A stretch of 64,000 nt of DNA from Chrysomallon squamiferum. Its lineage: Eukaryota > Animalia > Mollusca. Numbering within the stretch: the first letter of the stretch is position 1; each line of letters starts with the position of its first letter. The notes below the pieces were generated by a model. The model saw only the letters and a list, made by a program, of their open reading frames with translations. It did not search any database and was not told where the DNA came from. Position numbers and translations under genes: made by a program. Below are positions 50,687-64,000 of this stretch, in pieces. The DNA lies in assembly GCA_012295275.1 (NCBI GenBank), contig CM022670.1:18662001-18726000 (forward strand). Reading direction: 5' to 3'.

Positions 50687-52339
50687 GGGTAAGGTGGGAT
50701 AATTCTAGCCCCCTTTTCTATTCATTCTCACCTACGGCTTCACAGACAAAAGGAAGCAACAAAATGGAATGAATAATGTGTGGTATGTGTATTTCTGCTT
50801 CAGTATACTCAAACACTATATGCAGTGCGTATGCTTTTGAAATGGCAAAAATTGTTTAAAAATTGCTTTTGCTGCCAGATTTGTCCTGACGATTTGGTCC
50901 TCAAATTTGTTGTACTGATTATTGCTGTGTAATTATTGTCTCTTACTACAATTAGTTCTAATCATAATACAAGTCAGATTCAACACTTCAATAAACTAAA
51001 CCCCTTGACAAATATGACACAAGAATACAATATCTTTGAAGTTCGCACCAGCTGGGATTTCGAGGTTTGCGCAAGGATCAAGACAATACGAATTTGGGCA
51101 TTCGTCCGAATTCATGGCATCAACTCTGCCACAGAGTTCACATTTTTATTGTGTATTTACTACATCTCTATCTTCTAGTTCAGGCTCGTCACCACCAACG
51201 TTTTCATTGATTGCATACACCGGTTCTGCTGTAGCATTCAAATTTAGTTGCCGTTTTGCCTTTGGTGTCTTCTTCTGTTTTTTCTTTGCCTCTCTTAAAT
51301 TTGCTCTTTCTGCCTTTTCTTCCTCCTTCCTCTTCTTCTCTGCCAACTCGCCTTCATACCTCTGGACACTTTCTTCTTCTGTCATACCTCATCCTCTTGA
51401 TTTTATTTGAAATTTGACGACCGTGGACTTTCAATCGTTTTAAAAAGAATTTCTTTACATTTGGGGTTGATGCACACTAATGGAACTTGGTAATACTTCT
51501 ACACTGGTATCTAAGGAAGCCCTTTCATCTCGAGATGGACCTGGGGTTGGTGCAGATGGAATGAATGTTCTGTAGGGTGTTGCTTCCTTGTAGGTTGTGT
51601 CTGTTCTACCATAACTTAGGACTCATGCCGCCTCATAGCTTTTCGCAGAAATACAACCCGGATTAAAGAGTACAATACCAGTTGCCTTGAAACCAGAGTT
51701 ATTCAGGTAATGCAGGAAAGTCTCCTTTTGTGAGGGCCTTCCAAAAATGATTTTTTGTCCATGCCTACTTGACAGGACCATAGATTCTGACGTCAAGGGC
51801 GCGTAGAAAATGGCTGGTGTGTGATGGTAAAAGTTCTGTTAACTTAAAAAAAAAAAAAAAAAAAATCAAAAATTAGAATGGACTATATCAATGCCAAAAC
51901 TACTGATTTCACCACCATATATCAGGCAAGATTTACCTCATCCACGGGGACCAGAATTGCCCCAAGTGGTGAAATAAAAAAAAAAAAAAAAAAAAACTTG
52001 CCTAATTACTACATATCAATCAAGTATTTTCTGCTGAACTTAATAACTGATTTTATTTTTACCTGTTATCACTACCTTATGCCTATAACATCATAACGAC
52101 ATAACATCACCTTTGAAACCTCAAAATGCACTTTGTTTACAACTTTTTTGTTTTTCTTTTCACTACTTTTATGGCCACTACGGTCCTCTAATTAATATTC
52201 AAGTTAATCAGCTGATGATCGCTAATTGTATTTTAGTTGTAAATGTATTTCACAATGCCAGATGTCTTCTAGGCTCATTTTGAGCAACTATTTTGTCATA
52301 TTTGCAAGTTCATTTAAAATAGAATACCACCCTTTACAC
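50687..52339 (-). mobile_element. Decayed pogo-like (DDE_1) DNA transposon
   Basis: Minus-strand fragments: LLPSHTSHFLRALDVRIYGPVK*AW (~51835-51760, DDE_1 motif), SGFKATGIVLFNP (~51700-51660), a Lys/Glu-rich segment (ORF 51146-51385) and a Cys-rich tail after a stop. Left end TA|GGGTAAGGTGGGATAATTCTAG, with degenerate inverted copies near 51945-51963 and 52320-52339. Boundaries are approximate. Confidence 0.65.
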
Positions 52340-52353
52340 TTTGCATATGGCAA

Positions 52354-52389
<36 letters not shown>

Positions 52390-52906
52390 TACAGAGGCAT
52401 TTTATTACTAGTAGCGACTGGCCACGGGATAAACCCATCCTGGATGTAGAATAATAATAATAATAATTTTACTCAAGTAGAAAGCTGATTTTCAGCAGTT
52501 TTGAAGAAATGTACCCCATGCAATGAGTTTTCACCAGAGTGGAAGCTTCCACTCACAAAAACATTTTTGTTTTCGTTTTTTCACTCATTTTTTGGAACTG
52601 CCTATATAACTTACAAGAAGCAGTTTTCTAATTTTCGTTCATATGGATGATATGCATATTGATATATCCAAACGCCTATGTTATAGCCTATATTTAAAAA
52701 AAATAAAATAATAATAAACCACCTAAAGGTGTCCATTTCTTCACCTTTGGCTATTGGTAATGAGAGAGCCCATCCTCACCTCTATGAAAATAACTAGATC
52801 AGAGCCTAAATTAAGTACCATTGAGAAACTTGTAAAGGTTTACTTTTCACTGCATCTAGTTTTTCAAGGTGGAAAGTATATTGTTTATCACTACATATGA
52901 ACTGAG

Positions 52907-53287
52907 ATGTCCATCGTATCAATGCGATCACTTTGCATAGTTCGTAGAAATTTTTGGTGGTTGTCATCAAAACATCTTCGACAGAAGAGGTAATTTTATG
53001 TGCAAGGTTTGGTATAGTTTGTAAACAAACTTCATTTTAAATTGGGTCACTGGGACGCGATAGCTGTAAGCCATTCGTTTAGAAATAAATGTTAGGAACG
53101 AAGATTAAACAGCTCAATATCCTACATATGGTAATTGCATTAGTTCTTCTAGATCACATATATAATATATACATATATAGTTCACAATTGTTAATGCCTA
53201 TGTAAAACACAATTTAATTAACTTCCTTTTAATTTTACAATGGTGGCTACAAGAATTGAGCTTAAGATTTATTAATCTCGCTCTTTT

Positions 53288-53331
<44 letters not shown>

Positions 53332-55867
53332 TTATATAGATAAAATGTTTTTTTATTTTATTATCTGTTATTGTTTTTTTCCTAAACTTAAACAAAAAAA
53401 GCGTGTAGCTAGTTAATAGTTCAGAGGCTAACTGTTTAAATAAAGAATATTATGTTAAAGAAGTTATCCTTAATATATTCACTAGTCTTTTCAGCCAATG
53501 GCATTGTGTACATATAAACTATGGTAAATACTGTTCTGTATGTGGAAACATATAACATTTTCAACATATATTTTTAATGATATTCAAGCAAAATATTATG
53601 TTTTCACCTGTTAATGAATTAATTAGTGATTTGCAACACCTTGTCATATTTTAATATTATTGGTTTTTTTTATTTGTTTTGTTATTGTTTAAAAAAAAAA
53701 AAAAAATCATAATGATTTTTTTCCAGTGATTACTCTTACCTTAACTACTAGGAATCTTTTATATCCACTTACCAATAAGACTTTGAAATAATTTATTGTC
53801 AGGGAGAAATGTCTGGGGTAGGAAATACATTAATGGAGGATTGATAATATGAGCCATCATGTCTCAGTAGAACATTCTGACCAGTGAGCAAGAGGATGCT
53901 ATGCTGCACCTTTGTTTGATAGGAGAACATTTTCTTTTATCAGCCCAAGTAAACAAAGAAAGGTCATTGCTTTGTTTTAACAAAATCTCAAATCAGGAGC
54001 AAGATTATAGTTATTGTTCAGTAGTAAAACATCCACTCAAAATGTGGTGGTTCAATGAATCCCTTTTGGTGAATTGGGCTTCTGTTGTTCCAGCAGCTGA
54101 TATGACAAAATCTGTGGTTTGTACTATCCTGTATGTGGGATTGTTCATACAAAAGATCATTGCTGCTTATTGGAAATAATAGCCCATAAACTCGTGGCAG
54201 CAGGTTTCCTATCTCATTATCTGAACTGTTCTTAAACATACATCCAATAGGTCACATAAAAGGTAATAAATAAAATGTACTGTTTTGTTAAATAAAATAT
54301 TTCCTTCTTTCTTTATCTTACATTATTGTTATTGTGGTTACTTAAATTATTAAACAAAAAATATCATATTCTTGTTTCTCTAATTTAGTTTAATTTTGTT
54401 TCACCATTTTCTGTAAAAAAGTTAGCAATAACATTTATTTTCTAAGGTTCTGCAGTACAGTTGAGGCCAAACTACAGTTGAGCTATGCCTGTGGGCCTAG
54501 TGACAATCCATTGTTGGGAAAGACTATTGGGAAATGTCTACAAGAACAAGTGGAGAAGATTCCAGACAAGGAAGTTTTGGTATTTTATTCAGAGGGCATT
54601 CGAAAAACTTACAGTCAGCTTTTAAATGAGGTAAGCTTGGCATTAATAATGAGTGAATTAGAAAAATGTGCTTCCTACAAATTAATGTATTACCGTGCTT
54701 AACTTTTAAAAATGTTTTTAATGAATCAGGGGTTAGAAGTAATGAAGACATACAATGTGATGATTTGAAAGTGTAAGACAATTTAAATCATTTAATTTAA
54801 TTTATTTATTTATTATAGTTTCTTTTTTTTTTCTTTTTTCAAAAAATTGAAATAGATATTAATATGACTGATTATTCTTAATTAAAATGAATTGTATATC
54901 TGGACACTATTTGGCAATGTGTATGTCATCATCAAAGTTACTTTAGATATAACAGTCATATATCTGTTGTTCATATTCTTTTTAATTTTAATTTTTATTT
55001 AACAAGGTTGATCAGCTTGCAGCAGGATTTATGTCCCTTGGACTGAGGAAAGGTGATAGAGTTGGAATTTGGGGTCCAAATTCTCCAGAATGGATTTTAA
55101 CCCAGTATGCCACTGCCAGAGCTGGTCTGATTCTTGTAGGCACTTCAATTAGAATAATAGAATTAGAGTATGAAAAAACATTTAAAATTAACTCATTTAT
55201 TATAATACATTAAAGAAACATTCACAGATTTTTGTTGCTTAAGCAGACATTTCTGGTGATTAAAAACAAATGTCCGCTTAAATATATTTGGGTGAAGGAA
55301 CGGTGTTTTTCATTTCTAGTTAAGACTCCTAGTTAACTTGTCTTATATTTTTAATGATTTCATTTTATTTTAAAAAGGAGTTATTCTTATATTAAAATGA
55401 ATTATTGTTATATTAAAATTAATAATTTTTTGTCCTCACAAGAATCATCTTTCTAAACAGTTACGTTATTACATAACTGAATATGTTGTCTTCATAAACA
55501 TCATTACTGATGCAATTATTATAATGATCATCATAATTTCATCTTGAATGTCAATATTATATAATGATTTTACTACATAACTTGAGATCATTACTTTTGT
55601 TTCTTGTTAATTGTTTTAATTTTTTTATTTCAGGTTAATATAAATCCAGCCTACAGAGCTGCAGAACTTCAGTTTGCACTGAACAAGGTTAATCTAATAA
55701 CTGAATAAAGGAGTGGAGAGATAAATAAACAAATTACTCATACCTGGAATCAAATGATCTTTTGTTTGTTAATAGATTAAACACGGCTTGTTAAAAATGA
55801 TCATCAATTATTTTGTGATTTTTAAAATTTCTTTTGTTACTACTACTCCTACTACTACTACTACCAC

Positions 55868-55900
<33 letters not shown>

Positions 55901-58900
55901 CATCACCATCATCATCATCATCATCATCATCATCATTATATCTGTTACTTTTGTTTAATAACCACTTAATTGTTTTTTAGACTATAGCCTGTCTATTTCT
56001 TTTAGTTTGTCCTGTTGTTATTATTATTAGTATTATTATTACCATTATTGTTGTTGTTGTTGTTGTTGTTGTTGTTACTACTACTCCATGTGGTATGTGC
56101 TTTCCAGTATGTCTAGATCAGGGGTGCGCATGTGGCCATGGGAAAGATGAAGTGCAGCCGTGGGAAGGATGTCGCCTGATCACATTTAACATGTCATTTG
56201 AAATATAATGAGGCTGCGTGTCAGCATAAACACTCATACACCATGAATTTCCTATGACTGTTAGTTACTGTACATAATGAGGCATCCAGTATTCATTTTT
56301 AGATCTTACAGTTTTAAAGTTGTCATTTAGCAAAAGTAATAAATATTATTAATAACTGTTTTATTTTAACTTTAATTGGAATCACAGAGTGATGAAGTTA
56401 ATTCTTATGGAAACATATAAATGCATCCATTATTTATAAGCAGCATTTTAAGTCACAGAGGTTCATTATTAGAAAATTATGCAAAATCACATATGTTACA
56501 CTTTTATGTAACCACAATAAGATAGTGCCAGTGAAGTTAAAGCGGCCTATAACATTAGAAAGTTTGCACACTGCTGGTCTAGATAAAATACCCTTTGCTG
56601 CTAATCAGTAAGATAACCCATAGAGCCATGGTACAGTATTTTCTCTCAGACATTAACTTATCATATTAAATATATGCATACCTAGTTAATCATTCTGTTC
56701 TTACTTGCACTGGTTTTATGCTAACAGGTTGGAGTGAAGGCACTGGTTGCTGCTCACGGTTACAAGGATTTAGACTATTATGAAATGTTGTTTCATCTCA
56801 TTCCTGAACTGGCTAGCAATCATTCTTCAACAGTTTCCAGCCATTTGTAGGTGACAAACATTTCTTTCTGTTGTCAACTATCATTTTATTACTGAAACAA
56901 TTATGATAATGGAGTTGGTCTTTGTTATTATGGGAATATTTTTGTATTGATTTGATTGCTACTAATCTTTTGTTAAATTTTGTAAAATCTTCTGGTGACA
57001 TATTGCCTATATAAATATATGATATGTTTATGCATATATCATGGTAATTTGTTTTCTGATATTTTGTTTTTGTTGTTGTTGTTTTTCTGTAGTTTTCATT
57101 TTATTTTATTTTTTTGTTCTGCCTATCACTACTAGTATAACATATGGATATTACTCTTACATTTCTTTCAACATTTCAGATTACCAGAACTGAAATTTAT
57201 AATGATGCTTGGCAAAGAGAAGTATAAGTAAGTATTATGGCAGTTTTTTTTTTTATGTTAAATCAGTATTCATTCACTGATCAGAAGTATCTTTCTAAAC
57301 ATACTGTTATATTCTATTTTATATCTTGCAGTGGGGCCTTGCTGTTTTCTGAAGTTATGGAAGCAGGAACCAGTGAACATCGTAGAGCTATTTTAGATCT
57401 ACAGAACAAGCTACAGTTTGATGATCCCATCAATATTCAGTTCACTTCAGTAAATCCTCATTTTAATTTTACTATTAAAGACATTGATCAAATTCAAAGC
57501 TAATTAATTTTCATGGATTAATTGATTGCATTTATGGCAAAGTTGTGGTTACAAAGGAATAGTTCTGATGAGTTTTCAACATACATAATGTTTTCTATTA
57601 TGTGTTTAAAATTTATTAGTTGATAGCATTCTAATTTAATTAATATGAGCACATATAGCTAAATATCCCAATTCATGAATCATTTAAAACAATATTATCT
57701 CATCATATGTGTGTGTGTATGTATATATATATATATATATTGTGCCATTGCAACAATCAACAAAACAACAAAAATAACTGTAAATTTATATTTCACTTTT
57801 GCCTCATGGATAAAATATTATATTTCAATTAAAGGGTACTACAGGAACTCCCAAAGGTGCAACACTTTCACATCACAATATTGTCAACAACAGTTATTTT
57901 GTTGGTCAGCGTTTGGATTATCACAAAATGGTAAGACTTATTTAAACATTTTGTGAATTATCCAAATGAAATAAAACTTGTATGAAACAATTTTCCTCTT
58001 CTGCAACAACAACTACAACAACTGCACATGCTGTTTTTGTACACTGTAATATTACTGAAAATTCAGAATAAACGTATGTATAAAAAGAATTTTTATAAAA
58101 TCAGACAACCCATTAATATTAACTATGGAATGAATAAATTAATGTTTGTTTAATATTGATAGTTATTGTATAATGATTATAAGGAAATGGAAACTCACTG
58201 ATTAATTAAAAATATATACCAGAAGATTTGGTAAACCATTTATGAGCTACAGGTTAGAATGGGACATTACTCATTGGGATTTCTAACCACTGAGGCTACC
58301 CGCTCAGCATTTTGTGTATGAGGATTTGGCTGGATGTAAAATATTGTTGCTTCAGTTCTTTTGATCTGTTTTTATTTCAGTTTATATATTAACTAATTAT
58401 GATTTATATTTGCAGGATTCTCGTATATGTATGCCAGTTCCACTGTATCACACATTTGGATGTGTTTTGGGGTCCTTGCAGATAATTCACTATCCAGCTT
58501 GTTGCATCTTCCCTTCCCAGACCTTTGAACCAGAGACATGCTTGAAAGCAGTTCAAGATGAGAGGTGAAAATTTGCATGTTACTATAATAAATTGTTTAT
58601 TTACATTTAAAACAACATAAAATTAATAATGTAAAGAAAGGTATAAAAATGTTGTCAAGATAATACCGCTGGTTTTTGTTATTAATATCATCACCATCAT
58701 CTTCATTATCATCATCTTATTATGATTATTATTATTATTATTATTTAATAAAATAAGAAAGAAAATTATTAGACTTCTTTTTTTTTTTTACATGGAAACA
58801 TTCATATTTTTTCAGATGTACAGCTCTATATGGAGTGCCCACGATGTTCATTGACATGTTGAATCTTCCATCTTTTTCTAAATACGACCTGTCTTCCCTT

Positions 58901-59049
58901 TACACAGGAATTATGGCTGGATCACAGTGTCCAAGACAGGTCATGAAAGATGTCCGAGACAAGATGCACATGCAGGGGGTTACTGTTAGTATTTGTTTTT
59001 TGTACAGAAAATGTGTTTATCTATATGTGTGTATGTTCTTCTTTTTTTT

Positions 59050-59085
<36 letters not shown>

Positions 59086-61323
59086 TTTTACAATGTATTA
59101 TTATTATTTTTTTATTATTAACTTTATTTTTTTTTGTTCATTTTTTTTTTTAATAATTTGTAACAAACATTTTTTTTTTTTTTTTTTTTCATGATTTAAA
59201 AAAAAAAAAAATTAGGTTTTTAAACCTGTAGAATTGATTTTAATTACCTTGACCTAATATAATAATTTTTCAGTGAAGATGTTTTTAGGAGTCATTAATC
59301 ATCCATATTTTTCTTCCAGGTTTGTTATGGAACCACAGAAAACAGTCCTGTGACTTTTCAGACCTACCATGACTCGCCTGTTGAAAAAAGAATATCAACA
59401 ATTGGTCTTCCTACTGATCATGTTGAGGTAACTAATATGTAAAATCTGAACTCATTTAATAATATTTAATTTAACATTTGATAAATTGTAATACTGAATA
59501 TTAGACGACAACCATGATAAGTCCAAAAACAACAATTTTTATATTTGCTCATAGTATGTTCTGCAGTGACATTTGACTGGATTATCTTAAGCATCGATCG
59601 GTCATGATACTTAATTCCAAAACAAAGCCAAGAATAACTATGACCGACAAAGAACCAATTTCACAGATAACTTGAAAATCTTTTACACTAATTTTCTTGA
59701 AAAATGGATATATCTTGGTTGTGCATTAATGTATATGTATATTAAATTTAATATTTTCTGTCTCTAAATGTAACTCATACATACACACACTCTTAAAAGA
59801 GTAATTTAATTTGACTTTACATGGTAGACGAAGATTGTGAATGAAAATTATGAAGTGGTTCCAGTGGGTGAACGGGGAGAAATTTGTACAAGAGGCTTTA
59901 CAACATTTCTTGGTTACTGGCAAGATGATAGCAAGACTGATGAAGTTGTCACACGTGATAGATGGTATCACACAGGGTATGTAATATAATATGTGTATGT
60001 ATGCATGGGTGGGTGTGTTTGTGTGTGACTTATATACAGTTATATATATGTAATATATATATATATGCTGCAAAGATAAATAAATTCAAAAGAACACTTG
60101 TTGTAAATATTAAGATTAAGTAATTTTAATATAACAATTTTCTTCCAGTGATATAGGTGTATTTGATGAAGAAGGATACTGTAGCATTGTGGGAAGGAAA
60201 AAAGATCTGATTATTCGAGGAGGAGAAAACATTTACCCAAAAGAGCTTGAAGAACTTCTTTACAAGAATCCAAAAATAGTTGATGTTCAGGTTTGTGATT
60301 TGTGATCATTTATTGTTCACTTTTTAACTTTAAATACTGGAATTTACAATATGTTAAATCATTCACTAATATATAAGATGTTTTTACCTTTTGAATTCTA
60401 TAACATTTACCTAGTAATATAGCAGTGAGTTGTAGCTTTGTGATTATAATTAATGCTGCTTGAGCTATTTTCTTTTCTAGCCCTTTATACATTACTGGTT
60501 TTTAAGAGAATGAAGTGTTCTTTCTTGTCTATGAGAAGGCACAAAATAAAAGGTCCTTTGATGTTAATGGAAAAATGTTTTCTCGAAGATTAATAACCAA
60601 AGATAGAAAATGGAGAAATATAAGATTATATCATTAAACAAAACAAACTAATAGTAATTGTTAAAATATTATTTGCAACATTTGAGTACACTCTTCAGCC
60701 TAATATTGTAGTAATTACAATTCAGGTTATTGGTGTGCCTGATGCTAGAACAGGGGAGGAAGTGTGTGCTTGGATTAAACTGAAGGAAAATACCACAGCC
60801 ACAGAACAAGAGATTAAAGATTATTGTAAAGAAAGGGTGAACAAATTTATAATTTCAAAGAACACATTTGTTAAAGAACATTTAAAGCTATCAACTTTTA
60901 TATTATTTATTTCTTTTGCATATGTCAATCAATATTTCTTTAACATAAATATATGTCTAAAGAATTATTTTTTATTTTTTATTACTATTTATCTTTATCT
61001 GTAGGTTGAGAAATTTGATCAACCTATCCATTCATCCTTCAAATAAGAAACCAATTGTCTATAATAATTATATTAGTACTGGTATTTCTTTTACAAATTT
61101 CATAACAACAGTCCAATTTATGTACTTTTTATTAATTTGTTTTCTTTCAGTTTAATTTAATTTTAATTTTAATTTGTTTTTTAAGGTTTCAAAATTCAAG
61201 GTTCCACGATACATTCTGTTTGTTGAAGAATTTCCTCTCACTGTCAGTGGAAAGATTCAGAAGTTTAAAATGAGGGAGCAGTCAACCAAAATCTTAAACC
61301 TTGAACATCTTCATCCTCACTAA
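52907..61323 (+). CDS. ACSF2: Medium-chain acyl-CoA ligase ACSF2, mitochondrial-like, 15 coding exons
   Basis: Exons 52907-52989 (Arg-rich, acid-free presequence-like peptide), 54447-54630, 55007-55135, 55634-55687, 56728-56846, 57180-57227, 57332-57449, 57835-57930, 58416-58564, 58816-58984, 59320-59427, 59828-59976, 60149-60290, 60726-60836, 61186-61323 (TAA). AMP-binding motifs [69 protein letters not shown]. Confidence 0.94.
53289..53330. repeat. (CA)n microsatellite in ACSF2 intron 1
   Basis: Direct reading. Confidence 0.95.
54010..54312 (+). mobile_element. Degenerate tRNA-derived SINE with Meta/MESC-like core, in ACSF2 intron 1
   Basis: Core TGTACTATCCTGTATGTGGGATTGTTCATACAAAAGATCATTGCTGCTTATTGGAAATAATAGCCCA...GTGGCAGCAGGTTTCCT resembles the MetaSINE core as I recall it. 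Tail GTTAAATAAAATATTTCCTTCTTTCTTT. Related pieces recur at ~38255-38310, ~56086-56650 and ~14690-14810. Confidence 0.6.
56086..56650 (+). mobile_element. SINE core fragment (same family) split by the hAT insertion
   Basis: CCATGTGGTATGTGCTTTCCAGTATGT before the insertion and ATAAAATACCCTTTGCTGCTAATCAGTAAGATAACCCAT after it are colinear with the 54113-54190 core. Confidence 0.5.
56119..56576. mobile_element. hAT (Charlie-type) non-autonomous element/MITE in ACSF2 intron 4
   Basis: Perfect 8-bp direct repeat GTCTAGAT at 56111-56118 and 56577-56584 (fits the NTCTAGAN hAT-Charlie target preference). Imperfect TIRs: CAGGGGTGCGCA versus the reverse-complemented right end CAGCAGTGTGCA. Confidence 0.85.
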
Positions 61324-63208
61324 CCAATTTTCTGAATCACAAAACAATTTGATATAAATCCCCAAAATATTTTAAATTAAGACAATGTACTTACATCAAT
61401 TAAAAATGATTGATATGACTATTAAAAACTATCTATACAGTTGACACATGTAAGAGAAGTTCAAAAGTGGTTCTCAAATTGAACAGAAGTATTTGGAGAT
61501 ATTTCTTCAGGTTTTAATCACAAAATGAGCAGAATACATTATTCTAATATTATACTTCAGATAAATTAACTGAGCTATATACTTGCCATAATTTATTTTT
61601 CATTACTATTCTAATTCATACTAAGAGTCTAACACTATGAAAATAATTGTTTGTATGCAAGGAGATATTAACCATTTCTTCTCTTTTTTTCTTCTGTTTC
61701 TGCAGACACAAGAATAAACCAATTCTGAATATTCCAAAATGATTGTTTTGTTAGTGAAACCCAACCATTACTAACAACAAATTATGAAAATAAATTTACA
61801 AACCCAAACTGATCACAGAAGCTGCCATTTTCCTTCTTCCCCTTTACCTGAAGTAATTACATATATGGAAATCTGAATAAAACATGATTCAGACTTTTTA
61901 CATTTCATTATAAGGAACATATGTCAGCCTGCATATGTGCTTATAAGCTTGTTATTATGTTTTCTTTCTTTATTATCAATCATGATTATATAATCCATTA
62001 ATACAAAATTCATTTATACTTAGAATATTTATTGGGATTGCACAAATATTACATTAATCTATTATTTTATATTAATAACAGTATTATAAACAGTATTCCA
62101 TTTTCTTTTTGTTTATTATTATTATTTTATTTTTTTAGTTTAAAGGTTTAAATTTAATATATTAGCAGACTTTTCAATTTAATTTTTCTCTTTTTTTTAA
62201 AGTTTTCTGTTGTATTTTAGTATGTTTGCCATTATATCTTGAAGGACTGGAATATTCCTTTAATTTCTGGCAAAAATAGTTGTTATATATTTACTTATTT
62301 ACACAATATATCTTTTGTTGTCATTATTAACAGAGTTATTAATTTGGATAAATATAATATTAATAAATTTATAGTTTAGCAAATACTTAATAAACTGTTT
62401 TCTGTTTCATTCCAATTTTGTATCTATGCAGAAGTATTATAATTTGTTATATACACCTTCAGATTTAATATAAGATTATTATTATTATTATTATTTAACA
62501 TTGATATATATCAAATTCAGAAAATCAAAATAAATTAACCAAAGTTAAATATAAGAAAATCACTTGCTATATATATATTTTTATATACATTTTCATATTT
62601 TTTTAATTTTTAATTTAAAAAAAAAAAAAACACCAATAAAATACTTTGATTATAATAAAAAGTGTTGTCTTATTATTTTGTAAAACACAAGTGATATGTT
62701 TCGCATTCAAAGAGATGTCACTTGTATGATCTAGCAAAAAAGGTACATCCCTTGTTAATCAATTAGGAATATAATATGGCAGTACATATTTGCTTTTTCA
62801 TACTAACTTATAATATTTAAGTCATTTAATATATTTAGATAATGAACTTTAATATTAAATAACTTTTCACTTGCGTACCTTAGCAAAACAAATAATGTGT
62901 GTGTGTGTGCGGGGGGGGTGTTCCGCTTAATATAAATACGCGAATCTAAAGAATGTGTAGGAAGGGAGATAACCTATAAACACGACGACAAGAATTAATA
63001 AAATAGTTACTGAAATTGTACAAATAACAGCTATATAAAGGAAAAATAAATACATATAAAATCATACATTCAAGTTCCATGGAAGTTACGGGTTTTATTT
63101 TTGTGTGTGTGTGTGTGGTTTTTTTAACCATCAGTCGAACTTGATCCCAGCATTTTGTTAGCTGACGTGTAACTCGAACTCAGTTTTCTTCTTTTACTCA
63201 GTATCGAA

Positions 63209-64000
63209 ATGGCGTCCAGGCCAGGTTAGTGAAATTTGTTTGCTAAGAAATGACAAGCAATGAAGCATGTTTTTTTTTTCATGAATGATTAGATTATCAG
63301 TATTATAAAATACAGACACTGAGATATAACATTTTTCCTGGAGCGATAAGAAATTGAGAATTTGCCTTTTAATTTGAATGTTTGTTTTTATTCTAAACAA
63401 ATATTTTTTTTTAGAGTAGCGGTGTCATTACTTTTTGTAGTTGCTCAGCTTGCTATCATTTTCCTGAATGTATTGCAAGTTTAAAAAAACCCACATAACA
63501 AAAACAAGAACCACTAGATACAAAATAGTTTTAGAGCGAAAAACAGTAAATACATATTATTTTCTTACAGTACTTTAACTGGAAAAAGTTCTCAGAGTTA
63601 AACATATTTTTAATCATTTTAAGTTATTATAATATTAAATAATTAATATAAAATACAGCACACACTTTAATAATACTCTATAATTATTTTAGAATCGTTA
63701 ACTGAGATTTGTTTTTTTAATGATTAAAAGCACTAATCAGTCAAATCACATTAATAATATGATTATAACATTTATTTATTTGTTTTGTTTGTATGCATTA
63801 TGTTAAAAATCATTTATTCTTTTTCATTTTTAACTTCACAATGAACTGATATGGGGGGGGGAATTCTTCATATATCATGATAAATAGCATTAATTAATTA
63901 ATTTATTTCATTTTTATGTTAACAGGCAATCCAGACAGAGGATGGAATGATCCACCCATGTTTGGTTTTGAAGCACCTGTTTCTTCAAACACATCATCAC
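63209..64000 (+). CDS. SRA1: Steroid receptor RNA activator 1 protein (SRAP) homologue, 5' part truncated by window end
   Basis: Exon 63209-63224 (ATG GCG TCC AGG CCA G|gttagt) joins in phase to the exon starting at 63926 (aacag|GC AAT CCA...). This gives MASRPGNPDRGWNDPPMFGF, matching the SRA1 N-terminal signature (PGNxxRGWNDPP). Confidence 0.82.

Noticed and set aside
53820-53900. tRNA-like segments (also ~58240-58290 and ~11440-11480)
   Set aside because: No cloverleaf can be built. At best these are decayed SINE heads.

Overview
AT-rich, microsatellite-laden, intron-rich animal genomic DNA. The repeat families suggest a mollusc, probably a gastropod (inference only). Most long ORFs in the track are microsatellite artefacts. 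Manual splicing at GT-AG sites gives seven protein genes: an LRRC74-like LRR protein with C-terminal EF-hands (+, 750-9184), an OCA2/P-protein transporter (+, 13241-24400), WBP4 (-, 28047-32609), an MBTD1/L3MBTL2-type FCS-finger + 4xMBT Polycomb protein (+, 33673-43572, with an apparent 1-nt frameshift), SUMO (-, 46633-49070), ACSF2 (+, 52907-61323) and the 5' end of SRA1 (+, from 63209, running off the window). Transposon relics include a Tigger fragment, a decayed pogo-like DDE element, a hAT/Charlie-type MITE with a perfect 8-bp TSD nested in a SINE, several SINE copies and a hierarchical ~2.1-kb repeat array. I found no convincing new multi-gene system. The most notable items are the MBTD1 frameshift, a single-WW WBP4 with a proline repeat, the nested insertion, the repeat array and a perfect 32-bp palindrome. 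Family calls come from recalled motifs, not database searches.
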